The notes: generated by a model from the letters alone, not told the origin. 64,000 nt of DNA from an uncultured Actinomycetota bacterium (GCA_963770565.1 CAVYQE010000011.1:128001-192000); one strand, 5' to 3'. Numbered from the stretch's first letter, positions 19,596-29,453 are shown. A program made the numbers and translations.

Positions 19596-19772
19596 ATGGC
19601 CAAGGCAACCCGCATCGCGATCACGCTGCTGTCGTGCGTCTCACTGTCGATCCTCGGTACCGCCGGTGCCGCGTCGGCCCACCCCCGGCACGCCGGCCCG
19701 ACCAAGGTTGCGGTGCACGTGCACAAGACCACGCACCGCATGCACTCCAACAAAGACGACTGGTGCTGCTAA
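19596..19772 (+). CDS. 58-aa secreted peptide precursor ending KDDWCC (candidate signalling propeptide)
   Basis: RBS GGAGGG 5 nt before the ATG. Sec signal MAKATRIAITLLSCVSLSILGTAGAASA|, then a His/Lys-rich linker and DDWCC-stop. Confidence 0.75.
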   Translation: MAKATRIAITLLSCVSLSILGTAGAASAHPRHAGPTKVAVHVHKTTHRMHSNKDDWCC

Positions 19773-19797
19773 GCCCCGGTCACCGCTAGGCGCGGTC

Positions 19798-21156
19798 TCA
19801 GCCGGTGCGAGTGAACATCGCGTGGCTGACCGGCGCTTCGCTGTGCAGGCCGAAGGCCGCGGCGGCGCTGCGGTAGGCGTCCCGCGCGCCTTCGGCGTCG
19901 CCGGCCTCGTCGAACCGTGAGCCGAGCTCGAACCAGAGCGCGGCCGCGGTTCGATCGGCGCCGGCTGCAGTCAGGGCGGCGACCGCGTTGCGGTAGTGCC
20001 GGCCGGCCTCGGACTGGTCGCCGCGTTGCTGGTCGATGCTGCCCAGCAGCGACTCGACCTCCGCCTGGACGAACGGGCTCTGGCCGGCGAGTAGGCCCAG
20101 CGCCTGAGTCGCGAGCGCTTCGCTGCCGTCGAGATCGCCGGCGAGCAACTGGCTGCGGGCAAGCAGAATGTCGCAGCGGGCGATGTCGACGACGCTGCCG
20201 TCGACGTCGCCCAGGTCGCGACGCGCCTTCCGGACGTGGAGCTCGGCCTGGGCCGGGTCGGGCGGGCTCTGGCGCAGGAGGAGCTGTCCGAACTGCCGGC
20301 GCAGCCGGGCCAGGCTGCGCAGGTCGTCGGTGTCGCCGAGCAGGGTCAACGCCCGGTCGGCGAGCCGGATCGCTTCGTCGAGGTCACCTCCGCGCGATGC
20401 GAGGATGCTCGCGTTCCAGTACGCCGAGGCGCGGGCCGTCGGCGACGCGAGCTTCTCGGCCGCCACGATCGTGGCGCGACACAGCTGACGGGCGTAGGTC
20501 TCGTCGCCGCGCTCGAAGTAGGCACCCACCAGGCTGACCGCGAGCCGGATCGCGTCCTCGGTGCCGTCGAGCCCGAGCTCCTCGGTGTGGCGGAGCGCGA
20601 CCTCTCCGACATCGATGCTCCGGGACAGGTCGCCGGCCTCGCGGTAGCAGCGGCACAGCGCGATCACCGCGGGCAGCCACAGCCGCTGGCGGCGGTCGGC
20701 CACGATCTGCTCGAGCAGTTCGGCCGCCGCGTCGAGCCGGCCGAGCGCTTCGAGGCTTCGCGCGTGGATCCATTCCGCCTCGCGCCGCAACGGTCCGAGC
20801 TCGTGCGCGGAGTCGATCAGGAGCTTGCGGACTTGGACCTCGGCGTCGTCCGCCTCACCGGAGTTGAGCGCGAGCTCGGCGTAGCGCAAGGCGAGCCGGA
20901 CCTCTTCGGCGTACTGCGGTTCGACCCCGGTGACCAGGTAGTCGATGGTGGTGCCGAGTCGCTCCGCGAGCAGCTGTGCCACCCGGGGTTCGGGCCGGCG
21001 CTGGCCGGCCTCGATCCGGGACACGTACGCGCCGGAGATCTCCGAACCGGCGAGGGCCTCTTGGGTCATGCCTCGGGCCACCCGGGTCGCGCGGACGCGC
21101 TGACCCAGCTTGGCCAGGTCGACTGAAGCCAGATGTGCCTCTGGTGCGTCGTTCAT
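19798..21156 (-). CDS. XRE-family HTH plus TPR-repeat transcriptional regulator (RRNPP/NprR-like architecture)
   Basis: LGQRVRATRVARGMTQEALAG..SGAYVSRIEAGQRRP HTH, followed by about 370 aa of TPR-like helical repeats. Confidence 0.85.
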   Translation of the reverse strand: MNDAPEAHLASVDLAKLGQRVRATRVARGMTQEALAGSEISGAYVSRIEAGQRRPEPRVAQLLAERLGTTIDYLVTGVEPQYAEEVRLALRYAELALNSGEADDAEVQVRKLLIDSAHELGPLRREAEWIHARSLEALGRLDAAAELLEQIVADRRQRLWLPAVIALCRCYREAGDLSRSIDVGEVALRHTEELGLDGTEDAIRLAVSLVGAYFERGDETYARQLCRATIVAAEKLASPTARASAYWNASILASRGGDLDEAIRLADRALTLLGDTDDLRSLARLRRQFGQLLLRQSPPDPAQAELHVRKARRDLGDVDGSVVDIARCDILLARSQLLAGDLDGSEALATQALGLLAGQSPFVQAEVESLLGSIDQQRGDQSEAGRHYRNAVAALTAAGADRTAAALWFELGSRFDEAGDAEGARDAYRSAAAAFGLHSEAPVSHAMFTRTG

Positions 21157-21438
21157 CCTGATCGCCGCCTACCTCACTCCGTGCACGATGGATGGTCGCA
21201 TCGCGCCCCCGCGTAGACCGCGATCCAGAGCAGTACGCCGGACCCGGCCGTGGACCTTGTGGGCATCGTGACCGTACACGATGCGACGGCTTTACTTGAG
21301 GACTTCACAAAAGTTGACTGGACGTGGAGTGTCGTCACCGTTTGGGGCGGTTCAGGCGATTTGTTCCGCCTAGATCGGCCGTTTCCGGGGAATGCTTCGT
21401 CAAGCAGCCCGGGGCGATCTGCTGGCCTTGGCCCGGTC

Positions 21439-21951
21439 CTAAGGGGTGTCCGGCGGGTCGGTCAGCCGCATCGACGGCCGGCCCGGCTCGCCGAACTCGT
21501 CCATGAACTCGTTGAGCACCGACCACGCCCAGGTGTCGGTGCGGCGCCAGGTCAGGCGAAGGGTCTCGATGTCCTTCCACCCACGCACGATCCGAGCGTT
21601 GTCGGGGTTGCGGTCGTCCTCCTTGATCGCCATCCAGCGGCCATCGGCGAGCCGGAACACCTTGAAGACCAGCTCGTGGTCGGAGGCTTCGGCCTCGCCG
21701 TACTGGGCCCGAAGCGCCGAGGCGACCTCGCCCAGCCGCGGCGGGATCTCCCGCTCGGCGGCGGTGAGATCGGCGATGTAGGCGTCGATCGCGCGGACGT
21801 AGCGACGGGCTGCGTCGGCCTGGACGACCGCGGACATCGAGGCGCTCGTGCTGGCATCGTGCCAGCCGGCCTCGGCAGCGATGTATTCCGCGACGACGTC
21901 CGAAGCTTGCGCCACATCGGCAGTGTCCTCCGGAATCGCTCCCGCCGACAT
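21439..21951 (-). CDS. Hypothetical protein
   Basis: 170-aa acidic ORF with protein-like composition; no family recognised. Confidence 0.55.
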   Translation of the reverse strand: MSAGAIPEDTADVAQASDVVAEYIAAEAGWHDASTSASMSAVVQADAARRYVRAIDAYIADLTAAEREIPPRLGEVASALRAQYGEAEASDHELVFKVFRLADGRWMAIKEDDRNPDNARIVRGWKDIETLRLTWRRTDTWAWSVLNEFMDEFGEPGRPSMRLTDPPDTP

Positions 21952-21986
21952 GGTTTGACTCGCCGGAACTGCGCGGGCTGGGACGG

Positions 21987-23648
21987 TCAGGCCAGCGCAC
22001 CGATCGAGCTGTGCACCGACCTGATCGCGCTGGCACCCTCGCCGACCGCGGCAGCGACCCGCTTCATCGACGCGTGCCGCACGTCCCCGACCGCGAAGAC
22101 GCCCGGCACGCTCGTCTCGAACGGCAGCGGACGGCGACCGAGCAGCGACCAGGTAGACCCGAGCAACCCGTCGTCGAGCTGCTCATCGGTCAGGACGAAG
22201 CCGTCCGCGTCAAGCGCAAGCGCGTCGAGCCAGCCGGTCGCCGGCTCGGCGCCGATGAAGCAGAACAAGCCCCGACATGGGATGTCCTCCGAGGTGGCGG
22301 CCACCCGGTCGGCGAGCGTGATCGACTCCAGACTCCGGTCGCCGCCGACGCCGACGACTTCGGTGTTGGGCCGGACTGTGATCGCGGGCTCTGATCGGAT
22401 CCGGTCGACGAGGTAGCGCGACATGCTCTTGTCGAGCGCCGAGCCGCGCAGCACCAGCGTGACCGGGCTGCCGTGCTCGGCGAGATAGATCGCGGCCTGA
22501 CCGGCCGAGTTCGCCCCACCGATCACGCAGACCGGTTGCGCCGCGCACTCCCGGACCTCGAGGTCGGTGGCGGCGTAGTAGATCCCGGCGCCCTCGAGCC
22601 GCTGCCAGCCGCTGAGCGGGAGCTTGCGATAGCTGGCGCCGGTTGCGATGACGACGGATCGGGTCGGTACGTCCGTCCCGTCCGACAGCGTGAGCCGAAG
22701 CCGGTCGCCGTCGGTGTCCATCGCCACCGCCCGGCACGGTGTGGCGACGTGCGCGCCGAACTTCTGCGCCTGCACCAGCCCGAGCCCCATCAGGTCTTCG
22801 CCGGACAGCCCGTAGGGAAACCCAAGGTAGTTCTCGATCCGCGAGCTGGCCGCAGCCTGGCCACCGACCGAGGTGGCGTCGAGCAACATCGTGGTGAGAC
22901 CTTCGGACGCGCCGTACACCGCCGCGGCCAGGCCGGCCGGCCCGGCGCCGACGACCACGACATCGAACACCGCGCCGTCGATCGGTCGATAGGCCAGGCC
23001 GAGCAGCTCGGCGACCTTGCCTGCGGAGGCGCGCGTGGTCGTGCCGGTCGCGGTGATGACGACCGGGAGGTCGGTGTTCTTGGCTTTGATCGTCTCGGCG
23101 AACGCCCTGCCGTCGGGTTCGTCGATGTCCATCCACACATGCGGGATCCGCTGTCGCGCGGCCCAGGTGTGCAGCGCGTTGCTCTCGGCGCACAGCCGGC
23201 TGCCGAGCATCTCGATACCGCGCGCGCCGGCACCGGTCAGCAGCATGTCCCGCCGGGCCATGAACGCCCGCAGCACGACATCGGAGAGCTCGCCGTCCTC
23301 GTCCATGAGCTGCCGGAAGCCGGCGGGGGTCAGCCGGCGGATCTCCCCGGGCACCCGCACCCGGGCGGTGAGATACACCGCCTGCCCGGTCAGCAGATTG
23401 AGCTCGCCCAGGAACCGGCCCGGGCCGTGCTGCGCGACGACTTCGGCCGGTGCGTCAGGGGTGTCCGGACGGATGATGTCGACCTCACCCGATTCGATGA
23501 AGATGAAGTCGTAGGTCGCGTCCCCGGCGGTGAACAGTAGGTCGCCGACCGCGACCGGTTCGGCCGGGGCCCGGGCCCGCAGCCGGGTCAACTGGTCGTG
23601 GGTCAGCACTGGTTGTGCCGGCGTACCGACGTTCTCGCTGGTCATCAT
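21987..23648 (-). CDS. Cyclic-nucleotide-binding domain plus thioredoxin-reductase-like FAD oxidoreductase
   Basis: cNMP motif GRFLGELNLL; GAGPAGLAAAVYGASEG, IENYLGFP, GGANSAGQAA, GDVRH and AVGEG. Confidence 0.88.
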   Translation of the reverse strand: MMTSENVGTPAQPVLTHDQLTRLRARAPAEPVAVGDLLFTAGDATYDFIFIESGEVDIIRPDTPDAPAEVVAQHGPGRFLGELNLLTGQAVYLTARVRVPGEIRRLTPAGFRQLMDEDGELSDVVLRAFMARRDMLLTGAGARGIEMLGSRLCAESNALHTWAARQRIPHVWMDIDEPDGRAFAETIKAKNTDLPVVITATGTTTRASAGKVAELLGLAYRPIDGAVFDVVVVGAGPAGLAAAVYGASEGLTTMLLDATSVGGQAAASSRIENYLGFPYGLSGEDLMGLGLVQAQKFGAHVATPCRAVAMDTDGDRLRLTLSDGTDVPTRSVVIATGASYRKLPLSGWQRLEGAGIYYAATDLEVRECAAQPVCVIGGANSAGQAAIYLAEHGSPVTLVLRGSALDKSMSRYLVDRIRSEPAITVRPNTEVVGVGGDRSLESITLADRVAATSEDIPCRGLFCFIGAEPATGWLDALALDADGFVLTDEQLDDGLLGSTWSLLGRRPLPFETSVPGVFAVGDVRHASMKRVAAAVGEGASAIRSVHSSIGALA

Positions 23649-23655
23649 GTCGGCC

Positions 23656-24033
23656 TCAGTGCAGCAACTGCTGCCAGTCGGCGGGCACCCGGCCGGCCGG
23701 ACCCGGCGTCGGCTGCTCGGTCGGATGGTGTTGTGGGTCAGCGAGCGAGGGGCCGTAGAAGCCGTCCTCGGTGCTGAAGTTCCAGAACCAGTCCTCGCCC
23801 GGTTCGAAAGAACGCATCACCGCATGGCCGGTCTCGGCCGCGTGCTTGCGCGCGTGCTGGGACGGCGAGGAGTCGCAGCAGCCGATCCGGCCGCACTTCG
23901 CGCACCTGCGCAGGTGTAGCCACCAGCCGCCGGCGGCGTCGCAGTCGGCGCATCCGGCTCCGCTCGGTGGCACGGATGGGTCGATCAATTCGTCGGTGGG
24001 TGTGGTGGGGTCGTGGGAATCCGACGGTGCCAT
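23656..24033 (-). CDS. UBP-type zinc finger protein
   Basis: CADC..W.HLRRCAKCGRIGCCDSSPSQHARKH and SFEPGEDWFW. Confidence 0.88.
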   Translation of the reverse strand: MAPSDSHDPTTPTDELIDPSVPPSGAGCADCDAAGGWWLHLRRCAKCGRIGCCDSSPSQHARKHAAETGHAVMRSFEPGEDWFWNFSTEDGFYGPSLADPQHHPTEQPTPGPAGRVPADWQQLLH

Positions 24034-24140
24034 CGTGATCGCCTCCTCGGTTCGGGCCTCCTCGAGGTTCCTTCCGGCAGTATGTCGTGTTGACGAGATC
24101 ACCACATCCCGCCGGTTGCGCTTCGGCGGAAGGAGGACCG

Positions 24141-24548
24141 ATGACGATCATCGCGGTGACCCGGCTCCGGCTGCGCGATGTCTCAGTGCAGGATGCCTTC
24201 TTCAATGCCGCGCTTGCTTCGCTGGAGCAGGCCAAGACCGCCGACGGCGTGGCAGGCACCGACGCGTTCGCCGACGCCGGCAACGTCTGGTGGACGGTCA
24301 CTGCTTGGCGCGACCGCGCCGCGATGGCGTCCTTCGTCGGCTCCGAGCCGCACGCGTCGATCCTCGGCCACCTCGACGAGTGGTGCGACGAGGCGTCGTT
24401 CGTCGACTGGGAACAGGACGGCACCGAGCTGCCGGACTGGCACACCAGCTACGAACGGCTGGTCGCGGACGGGACGTCGTCGCCGCTAACGCATGGCACC
24501 GCCGCGAATGCGACCCGCGACTTCCCGACGCCGGTCGCCGGCGACTGA
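24141..24548 (+). CDS. ABM/DUF3291-like dimeric alpha-beta barrel protein
   Basis: RBS AGGAGG; VTRLRLR...WTVTAW.D...M..F....PH pattern. Confidence 0.7.
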   Translation: MTIIAVTRLRLRDVSVQDAFFNAALASLEQAKTADGVAGTDAFADAGNVWWTVTAWRDRAAMASFVGSEPHASILGHLDEWCDEASFVDWEQDGTELPDWHTSYERLVADGTSSPLTHGTAANATRDFPTPVAGD

Positions 24549-24550
24549 CT

Positions 24551-24637
24551 GTGCCAAGCAATGTCACATCACCCTGCCCTTTGTGGGGGTGATGTCACAT
24601 TGCCCCCCATTTCATGGGGGGCAATGTGACATTGCTT
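24551..24637. repeat. Palindromic intergenic repeat element, copy 1 (REP/MITE-like)
   Basis: Terminal inverted repeats AAGCAATGTCACAT/ATGTGACATTGCTT and three ATGT(C/G)ACAT cores 31-32 nt apart. A related copy lies at 55150. Confidence 0.85.
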
Positions 24638-24675
24638 CTGAAGGGCGCGGCGGCATGCGGCGTAGTTTCTTCGGT

Positions 24676-25080
24676 ATGGCTCACGACGGTGACAAGGACG
24701 CGGCGGTCGGACTGGCCGACCCGGTCGTCGCCGAGGAGCTGCAGCGTCGCCGCAGCGAGCTGGTCGCCCAGCTCGCCCGGCTCAATGCCCCCCGCGAGCC
24801 GGGGATGGCCGCGATCGGGTTCGGCAAGCGGGCCGGAGACTTCACCGCGATCGCGACCGAGCAGGAGGAGCGTGCGGTCACGGCGGAGCAGCTCGACCAC
24901 CAGCTCGGGGTCGTGGACCGCGCGATCGCCAAGCTCGCCGAGGGCACCTACGGCCGTTGCGACGACTGCGGTGACGCGATCGGTGCGGCCCGGCTCGAGG
25001 CGCTTCCGACCGCCGTACGGTGCCTGAGTTGTCAGGCCGGCAGTGCTCGCTCGTCCCGCTCCGCGCGTGGACGGCGTTGA
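24676..25080 (+). CDS. TraR/DksA C4-type zinc finger protein
   Basis: Coiled coil followed by GTYGRCDDCG..I...RLEALP....CLSC. Confidence 0.85.
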   Translation: MAHDGDKDAAVGLADPVVAEELQRRRSELVAQLARLNAPREPGMAAIGFGKRAGDFTAIATEQEERAVTAEQLDHQLGVVDRAIAKLAEGTYGRCDDCGDAIGAARLEALPTAVRCLSCQAGSARSSRSARGRR

Positions 25081-25090
25081 GCCGGCGGGA

Positions 25091-26464
25091 TCAGCACTCG
25101 ATCACGTTGACGGCGAGTCCGCCGCGCGCGGTCTCCTTATATTTCACGTTCATGTCGGCGCCGGTCTCGCGCATCGTCTTGATCACCCCGTCCAGGCTCA
25201 CCACGTGAGACCCGTCGCCGCGCATGGCCATTCGGGCCGCGTTGATCGCCTTGACCGCGCCGATCGCATTGCGTTCGATGCACGGGATCTGCACCAGCCC
25301 GCCGACCGGGTCGCAGGTGAGCCCGAGGTTGTGCTCCATCGCGATCTCGGCGGCGTTCTCCACCTGACGCGGCGAGCCGCCGCTGACGGCGGCGAGGGCG
25401 CCGGCCGCCATCGACGCGGCTGACCCGACCTCGCCCTGGCAGCCGACCTCGGCACCGGAGATCGACGCGGTCTGCTTGTAGATCATGCCGATCGCACCGG
25501 CGGTGAGCAGGAACCGTACGACGCCGTCGTCGTCGGCGCCGGGCACGAAGTGGGTGTAGTAGTGCAGTACGGCGGGGATGATGCCGGCCGCGCCATTGGT
25601 GGGAGCCGTGACCACCCGGCCGCCGGAGGCGTTCTGCTCGTTGACCGCGAGCGCGAACAGGTTGACCCAGTCCATCGCCCGCATCGGATCGGTCGAGTCC
25701 AGCTCGGCCGACAACGCCCGGGCCAGGTCCGGCGCCCGCCGTCGTACCTTCAGCCCGCCCGGCAGAACCCCTTCATTCGCGATGCCTGCGGCGACGCACT
25801 CCTGCATGACGCCCCACAACCGGAGCAGGCCTTCGCGGACCTCGGCGCCGCTGCGCCAGTGCTCCTCGTTCTCCATTAGCAGGTCGTCGATCGACCGGCC
25901 GGTGGCCTCGCAGAGTGCGATCAGATCGGCGGCGGTCTCGAACGGGTGGGGGAGCACGGTCGTGTCGACCACGATCCGGTCACCGGCTGCGGCCGTCTCA
26001 TCGAGCACGAAGCCGCCGCCGACCGAGTAGTACGTGCCCAGCCGCAGCGAGGTCCCGGCGCCGTCGAAGGCCTCGAAGGTCATTCCATTGGGATGCAGCG
26101 GCAGTGATTGCCGGCGGTGCATGACCAGGTCGCGGTCCTCGTCGAACTCGATCACCTGCTTGCCCATCAGGGCCAGCGACCCGCTCCGCCGTACTTCGGC
26201 CACGATGCCGTCGCAGGCGGCCGGATCCACGTCCTCGGGCGTCTCACCGAGCAGCCCCAGCACCACCGCCCGCGGGCTGCCATGGCCGTGACCGGTCGCG
26301 CCGAGCGAGCCGAACAGCTCGACGTGGACCCGGCTGGTGCGATCGGCAAGACCGCTCTCGACCAGTCCCGCGGCGAAGGTCCGGGCCGCTCGCATCGGCC
26401 CCACGGTGTGCGAGCTCGACGGCCCGATGCCCACGCTGAAGAGGTCGAAGACGCTCAGCGCCAT
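25091..26464 (-). CDS. sdaA: L-serine ammonia-lyase (Fe-S, single chain)
   Basis: [30 protein letters not shown] and [19 protein letters not shown]. Confidence 0.95.
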   Translation of the reverse strand: MALSVFDLFSVGIGPSSSHTVGPMRAARTFAAGLVESGLADRTSRVHVELFGSLGATGHGHGSPRAVVLGLLGETPEDVDPAACDGIVAEVRRSGSLALMGKQVIEFDEDRDLVMHRRQSLPLHPNGMTFEAFDGAGTSLRLGTYYSVGGGFVLDETAAAGDRIVVDTTVLPHPFETAADLIALCEATGRSIDDLLMENEEHWRSGAEVREGLLRLWGVMQECVAAGIANEGVLPGGLKVRRRAPDLARALSAELDSTDPMRAMDWVNLFALAVNEQNASGGRVVTAPTNGAAGIIPAVLHYYTHFVPGADDDGVVRFLLTAGAIGMIYKQTASISGAEVGCQGEVGSAASMAAGALAAVSGGSPRQVENAAEIAMEHNLGLTCDPVGGLVQIPCIERNAIGAVKAINAARMAMRGDGSHVVSLDGVIKTMRETGADMNVKYKETARGGLAVNVIEC

Positions 26465-26633
26465 GTCGCCCTCCCGGTCTGCGGTCGCCGCTGGTGGCGA
26501 TCATGCTCTAGTTCACCTCATGCCGGCGGACTTGGTCCGATTGACGACCTATTCCCCGCGTGGTTGATTGCATGTTCAGTCAGCCGCTCCCGGGCTTCCG
26601 GGCGGCTGACCGGTCGGCACCGGGAGGATCGCG

Positions 26634-28217
26634 ATGGCTCGTCGCCGCGGCGTCGCGACGACGATCGCCGTGCTGGCGATGGTGGCCGCCGGGCTCGGGT
26701 CATCGGCCGTGGTTGGGCAGGCCGCCCCACGGCTCCAGATCCCGGCCGCCGCGCCCGACCGAGGCCGGGTGGCGTCGGCGCCGCCCGGCACGAACCTGCT
26801 CGTCAACGCCGGCGCCGAGGTCGGGGCGGCCTCCAAGCAGGGCTGGGCGACGGTCACGATCCCGGGCTGGCGAGTGGTGCGCGGGCTGCCGACCGTGGTC
26901 CGGTACGGCAACCACGGGTTCCCGGCACCCGCGGCGCCGGGCCCCGGTCATCGAGGTCGACAGATGTTCGTCGGCGGAGCGGGCGGCACGGCCGTGCTGA
27001 CCCAATCGGTGTCGCTGGTCGGTGCCGCGGGCCGGCCGCTCCCGGCCGGTGCGCGGTTCCGCCTGACCGGCTGGCTCGGTGGCTCGGCCACCAGCCACGC
27101 GGTTGCCGACGTGCGGTTCCTCACGTCCACCCATCGTGTCCTCGCGACGGAGCGGGTGCAGCCGGCGCGTCCGGTGCCGCGAACCGTCCACGCTTTGGCG
27201 CGCAAGGCCGTCACCGGCCCGATCCCGGCCGGCGCGCGGATCGCCCGGATCGAGATCCGACTCGACACCTCGGTGAAGAACGCGGACGGCTACTACGCCC
27301 CGCTGGTCGGCTACAACCACGCGCTGGCCGACAACCTTCGGTTCACCGTCTCGACCCGGGCGCGGCGGCCGCAGCCACTCGCCCCTCCGGTCGCGCACGT
27401 CCCGGCGTACGACCATGTGTTCCTCTACTACTTCGAGAACCAGGACTACGACTCGATCATCGGCAACACGAAGCAGGCGCCGTTCTTCAACAGCCTGTTG
27501 CCGAAGGGCAGCCTGCTGGCCCACACGTTTGCCGAGGAGCATCCCTCCGACGGCAACTACCTCGCGATCGCCGGCGGGAGCACGTTCGGAATCCCGCTCG
27601 ACGACCCGCTCGAGGAGAACCCGCGCTACACCATCGACCGGCGCAACCTCGGCGACCTGCTCGTCGGTGCACACGAGACCTGGAAGGACTACGCGCAGGG
27701 GGCCAACGGACCATGTGACGACACCGTCCACGGGGCTTACTGGAACGACGACCCGGAGTTCATGTACTTCCGGGATGTGCGGACCCGCCCGCAGTACTGT
27801 GCGGCTCACCTCGTCCCGCTCGAGGAGCTGAGCAACGACCTGAGAAGCGCGGCGACGACGCCGCGCTTCTCCTGGGTCGAGCCCAACGACTGCACCGACA
27901 TGGAGGGCTGTGGGATCGCGTCCGGTGACCGTTTCCTGCGGCAGACCCTGGGCCAGATCATGGCCGCGCCGGCCTGGACCACCCAGCGCTCGCTCGTGAT
28001 CATCACCTTCGACGAGGACGCCTACGACCACGAACACCCGGCGCAACGGGTCGCGACGGTCGTGCTCGGCTCGGCGGGCGTGCGAGCCGGCTTCGTGTCG
28101 AGGACGCGCTACACGCACTACAGCCTGCTGCGCACGATCGAGGCAGCGCTCGGGCTGGGAACGCTGACCGCCAATGACCGCTACGCACAACCCCTGAACG
28201 ATGTCTTCGCGCGATAA
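26634..28217 (+). CDS. Secreted phosphoesterase (acid phosphatase/PLC family) with an N-terminal beta-sandwich domain
   Basis: Signal peptide; DHVFLYYFENQDYD, HPSDGNY, IITFDED and YTHYSLLRTIE. Confidence 0.8.
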   Translation: MARRRGVATTIAVLAMVAAGLGSSAVVGQAAPRLQIPAAAPDRGRVASAPPGTNLLVNAGAEVGAASKQGWATVTIPGWRVVRGLPTVVRYGNHGFPAPAAPGPGHRGRQMFVGGAGGTAVLTQSVSLVGAAGRPLPAGARFRLTGWLGGSATSHAVADVRFLTSTHRVLATERVQPARPVPRTVHALARKAVTGPIPAGARIARIEIRLDTSVKNADGYYAPLVGYNHALADNLRFTVSTRARRPQPLAPPVAHVPAYDHVFLYYFENQDYDSIIGNTKQAPFFNSLLPKGSLLAHTFAEEHPSDGNYLAIAGGSTFGIPLDDPLEENPRYTIDRRNLGDLLVGAHETWKDYAQGANGPCDDTVHGAYWNDDPEFMYFRDVRTRPQYCAAHLVPLEELSNDLRSAATTPRFSWVEPNDCTDMEGCGIASGDRFLRQTLGQIMAAPAWTTQRSLVIITFDEDAYDHEHPAQRVATVVLGSAGVRAGFVSRTRYTHYSLLRTIEAALGLGTLTANDRYAQPLNDVFAR

Positions 28218-29361
28218 CCGGGCGGCGCGCGCGGCCGCAACCATCGCGGCGGCGGCGCTGGCCGTCGCCTGGCCGGCTGGATCGGCGCTCGCCGCCCGAG
28301 CGCCCGACGTCGCTCGGACGCCGGCGGCCGGTTCGGTCGCGTGGGTGGTGAGCGCGAAGTCGGCGACGGTGACTCCGGTGGCCCTGGCGATGCACCGGGC
28401 CGGCAAGGCGGTGAAGGTCGGCCGCGGTCCGTCCGGGATCGTGATCAGCCCGGACGGGCGCACTGCGTATGTCTTGTGCTCGGGCGCGCGCACCGTCACG
28501 CCGATCGACACCGTCGCCCGGCGCGCCCGAGCGCCGATCCCGATCGGCTCGGGTGCGGGTGACAGTGCCCATCCCGGCGGGATCGCCATCACCCCTGACG
28601 GCTCGACCGTGTACGCCGTCGACCCGGGGGGCGACGCGGTGACGCCGATCGACACGGCAACCGATGTTGCCGGCGCCGCGATCCCGGTCGGCCGGCATCC
28701 GTTGCAGATCGCGATCACCCCGAACGGTCACACCGCGTACGTCCTGAACTGGGAGGGACGCTCGGTCACGCCGATCGACACCAGCACCAACGTGCCCGGG
28801 CCGGCGATCCACGTCGGCAGCTATCCGTTCGCGATCGCAATCACCCCCGACGGCAAGACGGCGTACGTCGCGAACTACGGCTCTGACACGGTCACTCCCA
28901 TCACGACCGCGACCAACATCGCAGGTGCGGCGATTCACGTCGGTATCGCTCCCGACGCGATCGCGATCACCCCCAACGGCAAGACCGCGTACGTCGTGGA
29001 CGGTGACTCCAACGCGGTGACTCCGATCACTGTCGCGACCGACAAGGCTGGACCGCGGATCAAGGTCGGCAACGCACCGGAGGGGATCGCGATCTCGGCG
29101 TCCGGTGCCACGGCGTACGTGGTCAACAACATCTACGGCAGCGTCACCGCGATCGCCACTGCGCACAACCGGCGGATCGCCACCATCTCGGCTGGCACGT
29201 ATCCCTACCCGACCGCGATTGCGCTCGCGCCGACCGGGCACCTCGCGGTGACCGTGGACACCTACTCGGGTCGGTTGTCGTTGCTCGACCTCGGCAAGCG
29301 ACGGCTGGTCGCGCGGGTCGCGGTGGGAGCGACACCGGTGGCAGTCGCGTTCGGGCGCTAG
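28201..29361 (+). CDS. Secreted YncE/YVTN beta-propeller protein
   Basis: Signal peptide; roughly 42-aa repeats of VG..P..IAITP(D/N)G.TAYV. Confidence 0.88.
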   Translation: MSSRDNRAARAAATIAAAALAVAWPAGSALAARAPDVARTPAAGSVAWVVSAKSATVTPVALAMHRAGKAVKVGRGPSGIVISPDGRTAYVLCSGARTVTPIDTVARRARAPIPIGSGAGDSAHPGGIAITPDGSTVYAVDPGGDAVTPIDTATDVAGAAIPVGRHPLQIAITPNGHTAYVLNWEGRSVTPIDTSTNVPGPAIHVGSYPFAIAITPDGKTAYVANYGSDTVTPITTATNIAGAAIHVGIAPDAIAITPNGKTAYVVDGDSNAVTPITVATDKAGPRIKVGNAPEGIAISASGATAYVVNNIYGSVTAIATAHNRRIATISAGTYPYPTAIALAPTGHLAVTVDTYSGRLSLLDLGKRRLVARVAVGATPVAVAFGR

Positions 29362-29453
29362 ATGCACCGGGTCCGGGGTTTGCCGGACAGTTGGAGGGAC
29401 GAGGTCTTATGCTCGCCCAAGCAATCGGGGGTGGCGCGAAGGGAGCGTCTGGG

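Noticed and set aside
19596-19772. The WCC peptide as a RiPP precursor
   Set aside because: No modifying enzyme, protease or exporter is adjacent, and it has a Sec signal rather than a RiPP leader. A role as a small metal-binding peptide is not excluded.
24551-24637. Regularly spaced ATGTCACAT units as a mini-CRISPR
   Set aside because: Only three short units, the 'spacers' are self-complementary and similar to each other, and no cas genes are present.
28201-29361. Repeated atcacccc(g/c)(a/g)acgg DNA motifs
   Set aside because: Explained by the protein's beta-propeller repeats.
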